Source: Eledone cirrhosa (Eukaryota). Taken from it: 64,000 nucleotides of DNA. Position numbers and translations under genes: made by a program. The notes under the pieces are model-generated. The model had not been told where the DNA came from and made no database searches. It was given only the letters and a program-made list of their open reading frames with translations. Of the stretch, positions 1 to 12,242 are shown piece by piece; within the stretch, counting starts at the first letter, position 1, and every line of letters starts with the position of its first letter. Location: positions 2,356,001-2,420,000 of the forward strand of contig OZ024761.1 of NCBI GenBank assembly GCA_964016885.1, written 5' to 3'.

Positions 1-436
1 GGTTGAAAACCGTTGGAAGATACTGTATAAATTAAAAAATATATCTCCTCTCAGTTATAAAAACTATCTCTTTCTCTCTATCACCCATCTCTCCCTCTCA
101 TCTCCTTCCCTTTTCATCCTCCCCCCCCCTCTCTAAATAAAATATTTTTCCCAATATCACACATCAATCTAAAACCACTTTTCATATGCTGATTTAAAAC
201 TGCACTATCAACAAGTGTTTTTTAGCCTTCATATCATGTTCTCCTGTTTTATCTGATGAAAACACAAATATTATTGCTTGATGATGTTTGTTTTTGAAAT
301 GCGCATAATAAAATATATGGAACTCCTTTAACCATCTTTTGATCTTATATTATGCATACTCCAGTCCCACAAACTGTAGAGTGCTTCTTATCCGATATCT
401 GCATTGTTTATTGTACTACAATAAAACTCACCTCCT

Positions 437-440
<4 letters not shown>
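1..440 (+). mobile_element. Penelope-like element terminal repeat (pLTR) segment, cut by window start
   Basis: Homologous to the pLTR at 56263-56810 (inverted) and 60823-60985; contains a hammerhead motif; ends in (TA)n at 440. Confidence 0.75.
247..313 (+). ncRNA. Type I minimal hammerhead ribozyme
   Basis: Stem I TTTTAT/ATAAAA; core CTGATGA at 253-259; stem II hairpin; GAAA at 296-299; palindromic stem III TGCGCA followed by TA. Confidence 0.8.
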
Positions 441-508
<68 letters not shown>

Positions 509-511
509 TAT
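439..511. repeat. (TA)n microsatellite
   Basis: Direct reading; two Penelope termini abut it from opposite sides. Confidence 0.95.
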
Positions 512-514
512 ACC

Positions 515-3360
515 AAGATATTAATAAATGGAAACTATATTTATAAAACCATATTTATTTTATTATATATATTTCAAGGGCGACCAAGCCAATCTTGGTG
601 CGCTTTCATCAGATAAAATACAAAATTTGTTTTATAAATAACGACATACCCATGGAAATCAACCTTAACGGTCGGAAATTCGCTGGATAGTGGAAACTTA
701 TTAGGGGTAATTCAAAGTTATGTGTGAATATGCAAATGAATGTATGAACAAATTGAAAAAACAACCTTTTATTTAAATTACGCTGGAGAGAGATAGGGAA
801 GAAAGAGAGAGAGAAAAAAGAAATTACTGTTATGAGATAGATAGAGATAGAGAGAAGAAAGAAATTTATCAGAGGATGAACTTATGTAACGTAAATAAGT
901 CTTAAGTTTATATAAAGTTTATATTAATGTTACGTATATTTATTAATTATTGTTAGAATTCTAATATAATACAATGTAATATTTACTATTATAAGTATAT
1001 AGAAAAAATATATATATATAAAAAATAAATATATATAAAGATATATTGAAAAATAAATTGAAAATAAATAGATTTAAAGTAGAAAATAGGAGAATCAATA
1101 GATAGAAAAATGTAGATAGAAGAATAGATATATGAGTGGATAAATGGGTATATCATGTTATAGATAATTGTTTTAATAAGTTATGAGGGATACTGGTTTA
1201 TATTTAGTGTAAGTAATTAAATTGACTGAGTTAATAAGATTATTTATGTTTTTAATGTTTTAAATTGGGAAGATACTGAAAATCCCAGTTTTGCTTATTT
1301 ATTAGTTAATATGAGACCATTTTGACGAAGATATAAATGTTGAAAGATATATTTAGCCAGAATTAGTTATTGGTTATAACTCTAATATTAAATAATTAAA
1401 AAATATAAAAATATTAAAAGTTCTGGAAAAAACTTTTAAAAAAACTTTTAAATCTCAGAAGATACTCAAAAAACCTTTTTAAACAAAAATACTTAAAAAG
1501 TACTTAAACTATTTAAAATGTTTAAAAATATTTTAAAATATTTAAAATTATAAAAAAAAAAAAATGTCGAATAATCTTTAAAAAGTAATTTTTAAAGAAA
1601 TAAGTAATTTAAAAAAAAATTTTTTTTAAATATATGAGATATTTTAGAAGTAAAATAAAAAAAGAAAGATTTAAGCAGTAAAAAATAAAGATTTAAGAAG
1701 TAAAAATATTAAAATTAGAGTTAAACTTAGAATTTAAACAAATTTTAATAAGTGAAATTATAGGCATTAGAATAAAGTAAACATTATGTAGAAAAAGTTA
1801 TAAATGTAATTATGTTTTATATATAGTTCTAAACGTTGAGTTTAGGCGATGTTTACAAGAACTAAATAAATTCATACGTATCTTAATAGGGTTCTTATAT
1901 TTAACTATAAAGAAAATTTCCTCAACACAATTTTCAAAATCTAGATAAAGCTGTGTTTCTGTAGCCGGGTGCTTTTGAAATTATATCCCAAGTTAAAGAA
2001 TAGTCTTTATTTTTAGATTTTAAGTTCCATATCAGGTTTGATAGAGAAGTTGAAGATTTTTTACCAATATTATTAAACGAGCATTTGTGATTATTGAAAC
2101 GAGATTTGAAGTCTGTAGAAGTTGAACCTACATAGTTAAATATATTATCATTGGTTTTGACTGTGCATTTATAGACCACATCTTTATCTAAGCACTTATT
2201 TTTTAAAGGACAGTTTGATTTAATTCTGCAATTACATTTAGCAGAGTTGATGTTATTCGGAACAGTACTATTATGTTGGATATTGCTAGAGATATTACTG
2301 CTATTTTGGTTATGGTTTAGATTTCTATTATTGATTCTATTTATATGTTGTGCTAAGTTCATAGTAGTAGAGTAAGAGAGTTTTATTGTATGTCTGTTAA
2401 AGATTGAGTGGTATCTATGGGCTTTGGGAAAACATTTATCTAGAGCTTTAAAAAATAGTTTAGCTAAAGGTGTTTTAATACTTAGTGAAAATGGAGGTGC
2501 ATACCAAATTATATTTCTAGTTCTATTTCTTCTGTTAGTTTTAGAGTTTATGTTAGGTTTCTTATTGTAATTATAATTAATATTATGGTTATTTGCCTTA
2601 TCACTGTTGTCGATGTATTTAATCTTATTCATATAGCCTGCTCTAATTAAAGCTTCGTTATAATATTCTGCCTTATCGTCAAATATGTTTTTATTCGCAG
2701 AGAAATACGTTGTTGTACAGAATTTACAATAGTGTTCTTAATAGATCTAGGATGATTAGAATTGAAGCTTACATAGTTTAAGTTCTCATTAATATTATGG
2801 AATGGATAGTAGAGCATTAAGGTTTAATGTTACGTCTAAAAAGTTAACAATTTTATAGTTATTCTCTATTTCTAACTTAAGATTGTAGCTATTAAAAAAT
2901 TGTATTATTGATTTTCTTTTTCTATTAATATCACAATTACTATTATTTTCAATTAAAAGCAGCATATCATCACGATATAAACCACCGGTCATCTCAGGTA
3001 GTTTTCTATGTAGTGCATTATTAATAAATAGCCCCACAAGATCCGTTATCTGCGCCGAGTCCGATGACCCCATGGTAATATCGAAATTATTATTTCTATC
3101 CGCTCTAGTCCAGAGATGGTTGTTGAACTTAATTAAGGTTTTCCGTGCAGTTAAACTGATATGCATTTCTTCACTAGATAAATCAGTATATTTAGATGCA
3201 TAGATAAGGGCTTATTAAGTAAATTAGGAGTGATAGATGAGTAGTAATTTGCAATATCCAAGTGAATGAATTTTTTGTTATGTTTAAATTTTATGTTATT
3301 GAACCAATCTATAACTTCGTTAGTACCGTTCCATAGTTTTAAGTAATATATTTCTTTAAG
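515..3360 (-). mobile_element. Penelope-like retroelement, 5'-truncated and decayed (RT plus C-terminal GIY-YIG, AT-rich 3' region, hammerhead)
   Basis: ORF 2795-3166 has FDITMGSSDSAQ, GGLYRDD and VNFLDVTLNL (PLE-type RT). ORF 1934-2632 has RNIIWYAPPFS, CNCRIKSNCPL, VVYKC...YVGST and FKSRFNNH (GIY-YIG). Frameshifts separate the two. Confidence 0.9.
556..620 (-). ncRNA. Type I hammerhead ribozyme at the 3' end of the Penelope element
   Basis: Minus strand reads TATTTTAT-CTGATGA-AAGCGCACCAAGattggCTTGGTCGCCCTT-GAAA-TATATA-TA-ATAAAATA. Confidence 0.8.
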
Positions 3361-3481
3361 TTGCTGTTTCCATAGCCAGAATTTATTCTCTAGCTCCTCT
3401 ACTGATTCTGCTATAAGAACCAGATCATCAGAATAGAGAAGTTCCCATGGACAGCCAGTCTTAAACTCCTCTGTTATGGCT
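3361..3481 (-). mobile_element. RTE LINE RT fragment (YSDD region)
   Basis: Reverse complement is near-identical to ~6278-6398 ([26 protein letters not shown]). Confidence 0.85.
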
Positions 3482-3531
<50 letters not shown>

Positions 3532-3685
3532 CATATATAAATATATATATATACATATATACATATATAAATATATATATACATATATATATATACACAT
3601 ATAGATATAGATATATATACACATATACATACACACATATATATATATATATATATATAGTTATGTAATAAACAACATAAGATAA

Positions 3686-3750
3686 TTATTTCATTTACCA
3701 GTGGTTTCTTGAAGACAGATGTGTCTGTCTTCAGTCGTCAGAATTAATAA
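3686..3750 (-). ncRNA. Hammerhead ribozyme in a short solo pLTR-like fragment (~3660-3775)
   Basis: Minus strand reads CTGACGA-c-TGAAGACAGA-caca-TCTGTCTTCA-a-GAAA-CCAcTGG-TA; stem I imperfect; downstream TTGTTTATTACATAA motif resembles those after the 10757 and 48187 motifs. Confidence 0.7.
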
Positions 3751-3789
3751 AAAAAACTGTAGGCTTCAGAGCTTATATATATATACATA

Positions 3790-4290
3790 CTAGAAGATTT
3801 ACCCGGCGTTGCCGGGGTTTGAAATTATGCTAAGAATATACAGTTAGGAAGTAAAAGAAGAAAATTAGCAATTTTAAGTTTGAATGGAAAATCCCATAAG
3901 GATTTAGTTTTTATGGGTTTGCTGACAAGAAAATCGATGGTCGTTTGTAGTGCAGAGAATAAACACCTACAATTTTGTCGCGAGTGACAAAAAAATGTGC
4001 AAGCTACAGCTGAAAAGTTTTAGGTCCCAACAGTTTGAATCGAAAGTCCAATAAGGATTTTGTTTTGATTGATTTCTACCTTACATCATGCACTTTAGAA
4101 AAAATAATTTTGCTATCAATTTTTTATTGCTTAACGTGGGTCGATTTGAAAAATGTTTGTGATGTGACCATCTTAGAGACAAGTGCAACGTGCATGAAAA
4201 TTTGGTCAAATTCGGTTGAGAATTGTAAAAGCCTTAGCTGTCCAAAATTGTCCACAGACACACACACATCCTCGCTTTTATATATATAGA
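3790..4290 (-). mobile_element. Non-autonomous Helitron
   Basis: Minus strand begins A|TCTATATATATAAAAGCG and ends with hairpin CCCGGcaacgCCGGG, a short spacer, then CTAG|T. Confidence 0.8.
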
Positions 4291-4420
<130 letters not shown>

Positions 4421-4534
4421 AGTTATATTTAATTTGTTGGGATACAACAAGCAAATATTTTTATAACTGATATAAAGCACTCAACAAATTATTGGAGTTA
4501 ATATATTGTATATATATATATATATATATATATA

Positions 4535-4620
<86 letters not shown>

Positions 4621-5281
4621 TCTATATATATAAAAGCGAGGATGTGTGTGTGTCTGTGGACAACTTTGGACAGCTAAGGCTTTTACAATTCCCAACCGAA
4701 TTTGACCAAATTTTCTGTGCACGTTGCACCTGTCGCTAAGATGGTTACATCACAAACATTTTTCAAATCGACCCACGTTGAGCAATAAAAAATCGATACC
4801 AAATTTATTTTTTCTAAAGTGCATGATGTAAGGTAGAAATCAATCAAAACAAAATCCTTATGGGACTTTCAATGAATATGTCATGCAGGATATTTTGGAT
4901 TATAAGTTAAAAATTTAACCATACACAACAAAGGATGTTCTCAAAGAATACATTTTCTCTTATTCTACTCTCATTGTTTTTTTGTTTGTATACAACTCTG
5001 CTTTCATTACAACTTTTTGTACATTAGCAAAACTGCCTGTTTTTTTACAGATTTGCAACGTGTATTGTCTTTAATCATTTGTATAACTACATCCTGTTCA
5101 GTGTTTTCCTTCATTATCAGCATAGTGTACAAAGATTGCACTAAATATTCGTTTGCATTAATTATTGAAGACTTCTGCTTATTTTTACAGGTTGGGGACA
5201 AATAATTTTCTTCTTTTACTTCCTAGCTGTATATTCTTAGCATAATTTCAAACCCCAAGCAACGCCGAGTAAATCTGCTAG
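4621..5281 (+). mobile_element. Non-autonomous Helitron, same family as 3790-4290
   Basis: A|TCTATATATATAAAAGCG start; decayed 3' hairpin, then CTAG|T at 5278-5282; first ~250 bp and last ~80 bp match the 3790-4290 copy. Confidence 0.8.
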
Positions 5282-5301
5282 TATATATAAATATATATAT
5301 A

Positions 5302-5384
5302 CAAGTGGAGAGATGGTGTGCTGAATAGGACTTGTCCAACCCTTGCAAGCAGAGAAAAGCGGACGTAAAATGATGATGATGATA
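5302..5384 (+). mobile_element. RTE LINE (family A) extreme 3' end
   Basis: Matches 7233-7324 and ends in (GAT)n. Confidence 0.75.
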
Positions 5385-5391
5385 TATATAT

Positions 5392-6089
5392 ATCATCATC
5401 ATCTTCGTTTAACCTCCATCTTCCACGCTAGCATGGGTTAGACGGGAGTTGTCCCACTTGAGGCAAGGTTGGTCGGGTGACCGTGTCTCACTCATATAGG
5501 ACTATCTGGCAGGTTCTCTACGGCTGGATGCCCTTCCTAACACCAACCACATTTACAGTGTGGAACTGGGAACGTTTTACTGTGTTACCTACATGGCCAC
5601 ATTACAGCGTGGACTGTGTTTTTTTTTGTCGTGACACCTACACAATCTCGATCTCATTATCTCATTTATTTGGACTGGATGTTGTGGTACCAACTTTACA
5701 GAGAGAGGGTGGTGTTAGTAGGAGTGGGCAGATAGGGCAGGGGTAGTGGATTGGGGTGTATATTTGGTTAAGAGGTTCCTACTGACTGTAGGTTTCGCTT
5801 TGCACTTAGGCAAGGCGGGTCTTCTGTATTACTGTTTAGCGCCAAAGATCTCCGTCCAGTGACATTGTCTTAGAGAGGTGCAAGTGTGTAAGGTCAGAAT
5901 TTATCAAATCGTTCCAGGTTTTTCTGGTCAACCTACTCCGTAACTTACATCAATTTTGATCGCCCTGCACTTTTTTATACAGCTGTCGTCTTTAATGCGC
6001 ACCATATGACCATACCAACGTAGTCTTCTCTCAAGTAAACAACATCTGATCCCTCTTATTCCTAATTTCTCACTTAGTTCATTTATGCG
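5392..6089 (-). mobile_element. RTE LINE (family B) 3' fragment
   Basis: Reverse-complement homolog of ~60150-60822, including the RRLRWYGH region, 3' UTR and (GAT)n tail. Confidence 0.85.
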
Positions 6090-7320
6090 TTGCCGTTCTG
6101 GTGGTCCCTAAGGAAACTAGGTGTAGAGGAATGGCTTGTGAGGACAGTGCAAGCTTTGTACAGAGGTGCTGTCAGTAAAGTGAGAGTAGGAATGGAGTTT
6201 AGTGAGGAATTCCAGATACTAGGAGGAGTGCATCATGGTTCTGTCCTCAGCCCACTCTTATTCATTATAGTCCTCCAAGCCATAACAGAGGAGTTTAAGA
6301 CTGGCTGTCCATGGGAACTTCTCTATTCTGAAGATCTGGTTCTTATAGCAAATCAGTAGAGGAGCTAGAGAATAAATTCTGGCTATGGAAACAGCAGTTG
6401 GAATCAAGAGGACTGAGAGTGAACCTAGCTAAGACAAAAGTGTAGATAAGTAGGAAAGAGGACAATACTCTGATTCCATCAGAGAAATGGCCATGTTCGA
6501 TATGTAGGAAAGGAACTGGCATAAATTCCATAAAATGTACGCAATGCAGATCTTGGGTACACAAGAGATATAGTGGGATAGCAGGCAAACTAACAGGTAG
6601 GGAAAACTACGTCTGCAGTAGATGTACAGGGAAAGTTGACAGTAGTAATCGCAGTGATAGATACATTTTTCCAATGCAGGTGGGTTCTATAGAAGTGGTT
6701 GATAGCTTCCGGTACCTAGGAGATCAGATTAGCATGGGAGGAGGGTGTTCCAAGGTCATAGTATCTAGAATAAGGACGGGTTCGAAGAAGTTTAGGGAGC
6801 TGCTTCCTCTGTTGATGAAGAAGGGTTTCTCCCTGCGTACGAAAGGCCGGTTATATGATGCCTGTGTGAGATGCACGATGCTGCATGGTAGTGAGACATG
6901 GGCAGCAACTGCAGAGGATATGCGACGGCTGGAGAGAAATGAAGCAAGTATGCTCCTTTGAATGTGCAATGTCAATGTGCGTGAACGACCAAGCATAGAC
7001 GAGTTGAGAAAGAAACTGAGTATAAGAGGGATAAGTTGTGGTGTGCAGGAGAGAAGACTGGGATGGTATGGACATGTGATGCGCATGGAGGATGACCGCT
7101 GGGTAAAGGAGTGCCAAGAAATTCACGTAAAAGGAAGATGTAGTAGAGGAAGACCACGAAAAACATGGGCGGAGGTGGTGAGAGCAGACCTCAGATCAGT
7201 GAAGCTCACGGTCGAGATGACGAAGGACCGTGACAAGTGGGGTCATGCTGTGCTGAATAGGACCCGTCCCACCCTTGCAAGCAGGGAAAAGCGGACGCAA
7301 AATGATGATGATGATGATGA

Positions 7321-7324
<4 letters not shown>
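6090..7324 (+). mobile_element. RTE LINE (family A), 5'-truncated and frameshifted
   Basis: GVHHGSVLSPLLFIIVL, WELLYSEDL, FRYLGDQI, LHGSETW, RRLGWYGHVMRM and RGRPRKTW motifs; (GAT)n tail. Confidence 0.92.
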
Positions 7325-7390
<66 letters not shown>

Positions 7391-7459
7391 TATAAGAACA
7401 GATTAAAGTTTAATCTCTTCTTATAATAAATATTCACTCTACGGGTTTATATATATTAT

Positions 7460-7850
7460 CTATCTAGGGCGGGTAAAATTCCCGAGATCCATGGACGAGT
7501 TCTCTCCAGCGGTCTCTGTCCCTCATTATCGCTGCCATGTCCTGCATCTCTAAGAAACCAGTGTCTGTCCTTAGGGCATCAATATATGTTAACCTCAGTC
7601 TTCCTCTGAATGCAGTGTTAACTCTGGATGTCGGTGTGCATGTCCAGCTAACCTCAGTCTCCTCTGTGTCACTTTTGAGCTGACTTTTGGGAGGCTCCCA
7701 TACAGCTCTGAGTTCTTCATCCTCAGTGTATACTGATTAATGTTCAGCGCCATCCTCAGCATTCTCGTGTAGCACCCATCCACCACCTGAGTCAGTTTCT
7801 TGGTCAGTGTTCAAGTCTCAGACCTGAACCGCAGCACAGACTCCTCTCTA
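7460..7850 (-). mobile_element. RTE-clade LINE 3' remnant (third family)
   Basis: DGCYTRMLRMALN...LYGSLPKVS...RRLRLAGH; the 3' part matches 37975-38145 in opposite orientation. Confidence 0.75.
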
Positions 7851-7946
7851 TATAATCCTTATCGAGCCCTCTTCGGAATTTAGTCTTCACATTTATTATT
7901 ACTATATCTATATCTATATATATATATATATATGTGTGTATGTGTG

Positions 7947-7979
<33 letters not shown>

Positions 7980-8434
7980 GGGCGGTAGTTTAGATATAAT
8001 CCTCAAGTATTGAGGTATTTTATCTGCTAGGCATTTATGATTAAGTTTTGAAAATAAAAAGATCGTAGAAAATATATTTATTACTAAACAACAGACAATA
8101 TCTAGTTAATAGGAAACACACATATTTGTATGTCGTATTGCACTAAGATAATAAATGAGAGTAGATAAGGTGTTGGAAGGTAGACAAACCTGTTAAGACC
8201 TGGTTGAGGTCTGAGGGGGGAAAACTTGGCCAAACATGCGCATGTCATTGGAACAGGCTCATGATATAGGGGATGTTTATCGTCACCCAAATTGTTCATA
8301 TGGAGCAAAAGGAACTAAAAAAGACAATTTAGGAAGCAAGACCAACCTATAAATACATAGTGGAGGTCTGTTGAGGGAAACCTGGCAAATAAGGGCCTGT
8401 ATTGGGAGCAGGTCTATGAAAGGGTGAAGATCTC

Positions 8435-8600
8435 TCATTTTTTCCCAATGCTCTACTGATTCTGCCAATCCACCGCCTTGTTCAAAATAATGGTTTCTGA
8501 TTTTCTGATTTAGGCACAAGGTCAACAATTTTGGGGAAGGGGAAAACTCAATTGAATCACCCCAGTACATTACTGGTACTTTATTTTATCGACCCCGAGG
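8435..8600 (-). mobile_element. tRNA-derived SINE fragments (head and tail pieces)
   Basis: GGTGGATTGGCAGAATC head and the GGGGTCGATAAAATAAAGTACCAG tail shared with 37185-37366 and 51290-51468. Confidence 0.65.
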
Positions 8601-9050
8601 GTGGTTTTCTGCTAGTATGTTTAGTGTGCATATTGATATTATACACAAATATATATACATGTAGATATGATATGGCAAATGAAATCGTAATTGACAATAT
8701 ACACAGAAATCAGTAAAGTAATCCATGTATTATGGTGTATTGACATTTGAAAATTTTGAAATAAGTGAATCGTAAAACAAGCAATCGTTATATATATATA
8801 TATATAAATTACAAATGAAAGGATTACAAAGGAGAATATATACTGTTACATGTTCTAACAGTATATATTCTCCTTTGTAATCACTCTGCTTATTTTATCG
8901 CCCGCTAAATATTAACGCGTCCAATATTTAACCCTGTAGGTACAAGTATTGAGCACAAATGCACAACCTTTTGGCAACTAAGTATATGTATCGCTTATCC
9001 CTTTAAACCTCTTCTTCTCTCTCACGATACTTAAATATTCTATATATAAT

Positions 9051-9110
9051 GGTGGATTGGCAGTATCGGTAGAGGGTCAGACGCCATGTTTTGCAGCACA
9101 GTTACGTCCC
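9051..9110 (+). mobile_element. SINE 5' head, truncated at a Penelope fragment
   Basis: Matches the head of the SINE at 51290-51468 up to GTTACGTCCCT. Confidence 0.65.
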
Positions 9111-10940
9111 TGCATATTCTTTAGATTGGTTCAAAATTGACCAATCTAATTTATATTGGATACCTTGGTCCTTCAAATCCCATATTCTGCTAGCTAGAGC
9201 TGTTGTATTACTCACATATCGCATCTTTCCGACATCCAGAAAAAAGATTCACAACAGCTCTGGCTCGCAGAATATGGGATTTGAAGGACCAAGGTATCCA
9301 ATATAAATTGGATTGGTCAATTTTGAACCAATCTAAAGAATATGCAAGAGGAACAAGAAGATGCGCACTCTGCATAAGTGAAAAATATTGGATTTTACAG
9401 AACCTTAAATCACCAAAAATCTGCCTAAATGCAAAAACAGAAATTTTCACCAGTTGCCCAAACATGAAATCACACTTGCTTTCCAGCTCATATAAACTTA
9501 ACTCACTTTCAGATACTTATCCTCCATAAACTCTTGTTCTTCACTTTCCTTAACTTACCTTCTTTACAGACATCTCTTTCAGTTTCAATTATCTTTTATT
9601 TTTATTTTTACTTCACATCCACTAGTGACCCCCCCCCCCCTTCTATTTGATTCACTTACTTTATATCTTAACAATTTTACTTCCCCCTTTTCTTTCACTA
9701 CCTGATTTCACATGTCACTTGTGTTTTTAACTCCAGATATTTTCCGTTGTTCCTCAGCCGCTTTTATGTATGTTTACTTGCATATATTTTGTACCCATTT
9801 ATTCATACGGCTGGTTTTTTATATATGTATCTATGCGTATGTGTGCATATATGTGTATATGTGTTCGTATATGTATACAAACGCATTTGTATGTGTGTGT
9901 GTATGTGTGCGTTTACGTATTCGTGTTTTTTACATGTATATATATATACTTATATATATATATGGTCGCGTGTGTGCATGTATGTGTACATATATGTGTA
10001 TCGTGTGTATGTATGCGTGTTTATGTATGTATGTATGTATGCATGTATGTATATGTATGCTTTTATGCATGTGGTTTTTTGTCTGTAGGTATATATATAT
10101 TTATATATATATGTGTGTATGAGCTTGTTCCCATATATGCATGTTTTCTACTTTTTTTTCTAGTGTTACTTTATATATTACAACCCCTCCCACTTACTTT
10201 CTCTTTGCCTTCATTTTTTATTATATTATTATATTATTATATTTTATTATATTATTATATTATATTATTTCATTAATTTATCATATTTTATATTTTTATA
10301 TTTGTATCGACCTTCAGTCTGACACTGCTTTGACTTTATACACTCCCTTCTCTGTTAATATCACATACATTATGTGGTTGCGCATGTGTGTATGTTTATA
10401 CGCGTCCTTTCATCCTTGTATGTGTATATATTTCAGCCCTTAGTCCCTAAGTCTGTATGTACGTTAACTCCATTATCTTACAATTCCTTTTTCAACATAT
10501 ATATATATACGGTGGTCAGACATACACTAATATGTTTGCCCTCATGTATGTACTTATGCACACATTTTTTCACTATACACATACATTTGTACATACACAC
10601 ACATGTATATTTGTAAGTGCATATACACACATTTATACACATCCCCTTACTATATTTCTTTATTTTTATTTTTTATACATCTCTTGTATTATTACTTTTG
10701 CCCGTTAAACTTTTGCATTTCTTGCGGAGATTTTTCAAATATTTCACTATGTTTTAAATTGCCTTGTCTGATGAACGAATGAGGACGTGTCTTGTATTCG
10801 TCTTATTCGGGAAACCTCTGGTAATGAGGTAATTATACTGTATTGTTTATTATACATTAAATATTTAGCTCTGTAACTTACATAGAGCACTCTTCATTCC
10901 TCTGACTTTTTCAATTTTCAACGGAAACTTCAATACTTAT
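9108..10940 (+). mobile_element. Penelope-like element 3' fragment (GIY-YIG C-terminus, microsatellite-rich 3' region, hammerhead) with a short 5' inversion
   Basis: ORF 9203-9529 reads TALARRIWDLK...LDWSIL...RCALCISEK...LNAKTEIFTSCPN; 9108-9207 is an inverted copy of ~9251-9350; the element ends near (TA)n. Confidence 0.8.
10757..10834 (+). ncRNA. Type I hammerhead ribozyme
   Basis: 11-bp stem I AATTGCCTTGT/ATGAGGTAATT (with G-U pairs); CTGATGA at 10768-10774; long stem II; GAAA at 10811-10814; stem III CC-tct-GG; GTA cleavage triplet. Confidence 0.85.
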
Positions 10941-11568
10941 ATATTTATATATATATATTATAAAGTGAAATTATAGGAGGCCAAAAATGTTGAATTTCCT
11001 TAATTATTTATTTCTGCAAACACTATGCACATTTCAGTTGCATAACGTTGAGTACTTTCATCATGATTAACATTGCAGAATGACCAATTTTACCACCAAA
11101 TTTAAAAGTATATATATATATATATGCAGACATGCTTGTCGAAATAATTACTAAACATCCTCCAGTAAATAAAACTGTTCAATTTAGTAACTTTCCTTGG
11201 GTTCTCCTCTGCACAAAAAATACATAGTCAAGTATCGTGGCAAGCATACTTAATGTAGTGAGTCAAAGATCTCTTCTGACCCTCCCCCTCTCTTATGAAC
11301 CCCCCCCCCTCTTCCGACCCCCCCCCCCTCTCTTATGACTCCCCTCCTTCCATCTCTCCTGTTTGTGATAATGTTCAACAGTTGTAGTTCTGTTGTATAT
11401 TGTATGAGTGAGTATCTGAGTATATGAGTGAGTCAATCATATTGGTGACCTCCCCAAAGCCCCGGCGGACAGGATGGAGAAGGCATTCCCCGGAGGACGG
11501 CAAGGGAGATGCGCTGGAAAAGCCATTCCAACTCGTGGGGCTCACACCTGCGGCTGGCTAGCTCAGCG

Positions 11569-12175
11569 CCTATGGTAGTGAGTAGGGGTAGCCCTAGGGC
11601 CGAGGACACCAGAAGTCTCTACTGCTACAGGTAGCCATGTCTGTACCTATGGTGGTAAGTAGAGAGGTAGCCCTAGGGCTGAGGACACCAGAAGTCTCTA
11701 CTGCTACAGGTAGCCATGTCTGTACCTATGGTGGTAAGTAGAGAGGTAGCCCTAGGGCCGAGGACACCAGAAGTCTCTACTGCTACAGGTAGCCATGTCT
11801 GTACCTATGGTGGTAAGTAGAGAGGTAGCCCTAGGGCTGAGAACACCAGAAGTCTCTACTGCTACAGGTAGCCATGTCTGTACCTATGGTGGTGAGTAGG
11901 GAGGTAGCCCTAGGGCCGAGGACACCAGAAGTCTCTACTGCTACAGGTAGCCATGTCTGTACCTATGGTGGTGAGTAGGGAGGTAGCCCTAGGGTGAGGA
12001 CACCAGAAGTCTCTACTGCTACAGGTAGCCAGGTCTGTACCTATGGTGGTAAGTATGAGGTAGCCCTAGGGTGAGGACACCAGAAGTCTCCACTGCTACA
12101 GGTAGCCAGGTCTGTACCTATGGTGGTGAGTAGGGAGGTAGCCCTAGGGTGAGGACACCAGAAGTCTCTACTGCC
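11569..12175. repeat. 78-79-bp minisatellite, ~7.5 copies
   Basis: GCCCTAGGG recurs at 11591, 11670, 11749 and onward. Confidence 0.92.
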
Positions 12176-12242
12176 AAGGGTATGACCGCAAACTTGTCGG
12201 AGAGTGACAATGTTCAATTACTTTAATATCCGCATAAAGAAA

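Noticed and set aside
5007-5205. Short ORFs inside the mini-Helitron
   Set aside because: No recognisable Rep or helicase motif; too short to support a call.
8150-8435. Possible upstream exon of the propeller gene
   Set aside because: No open + strand frame with splice sites or family motifs; probably an old unclassified TE fragment.
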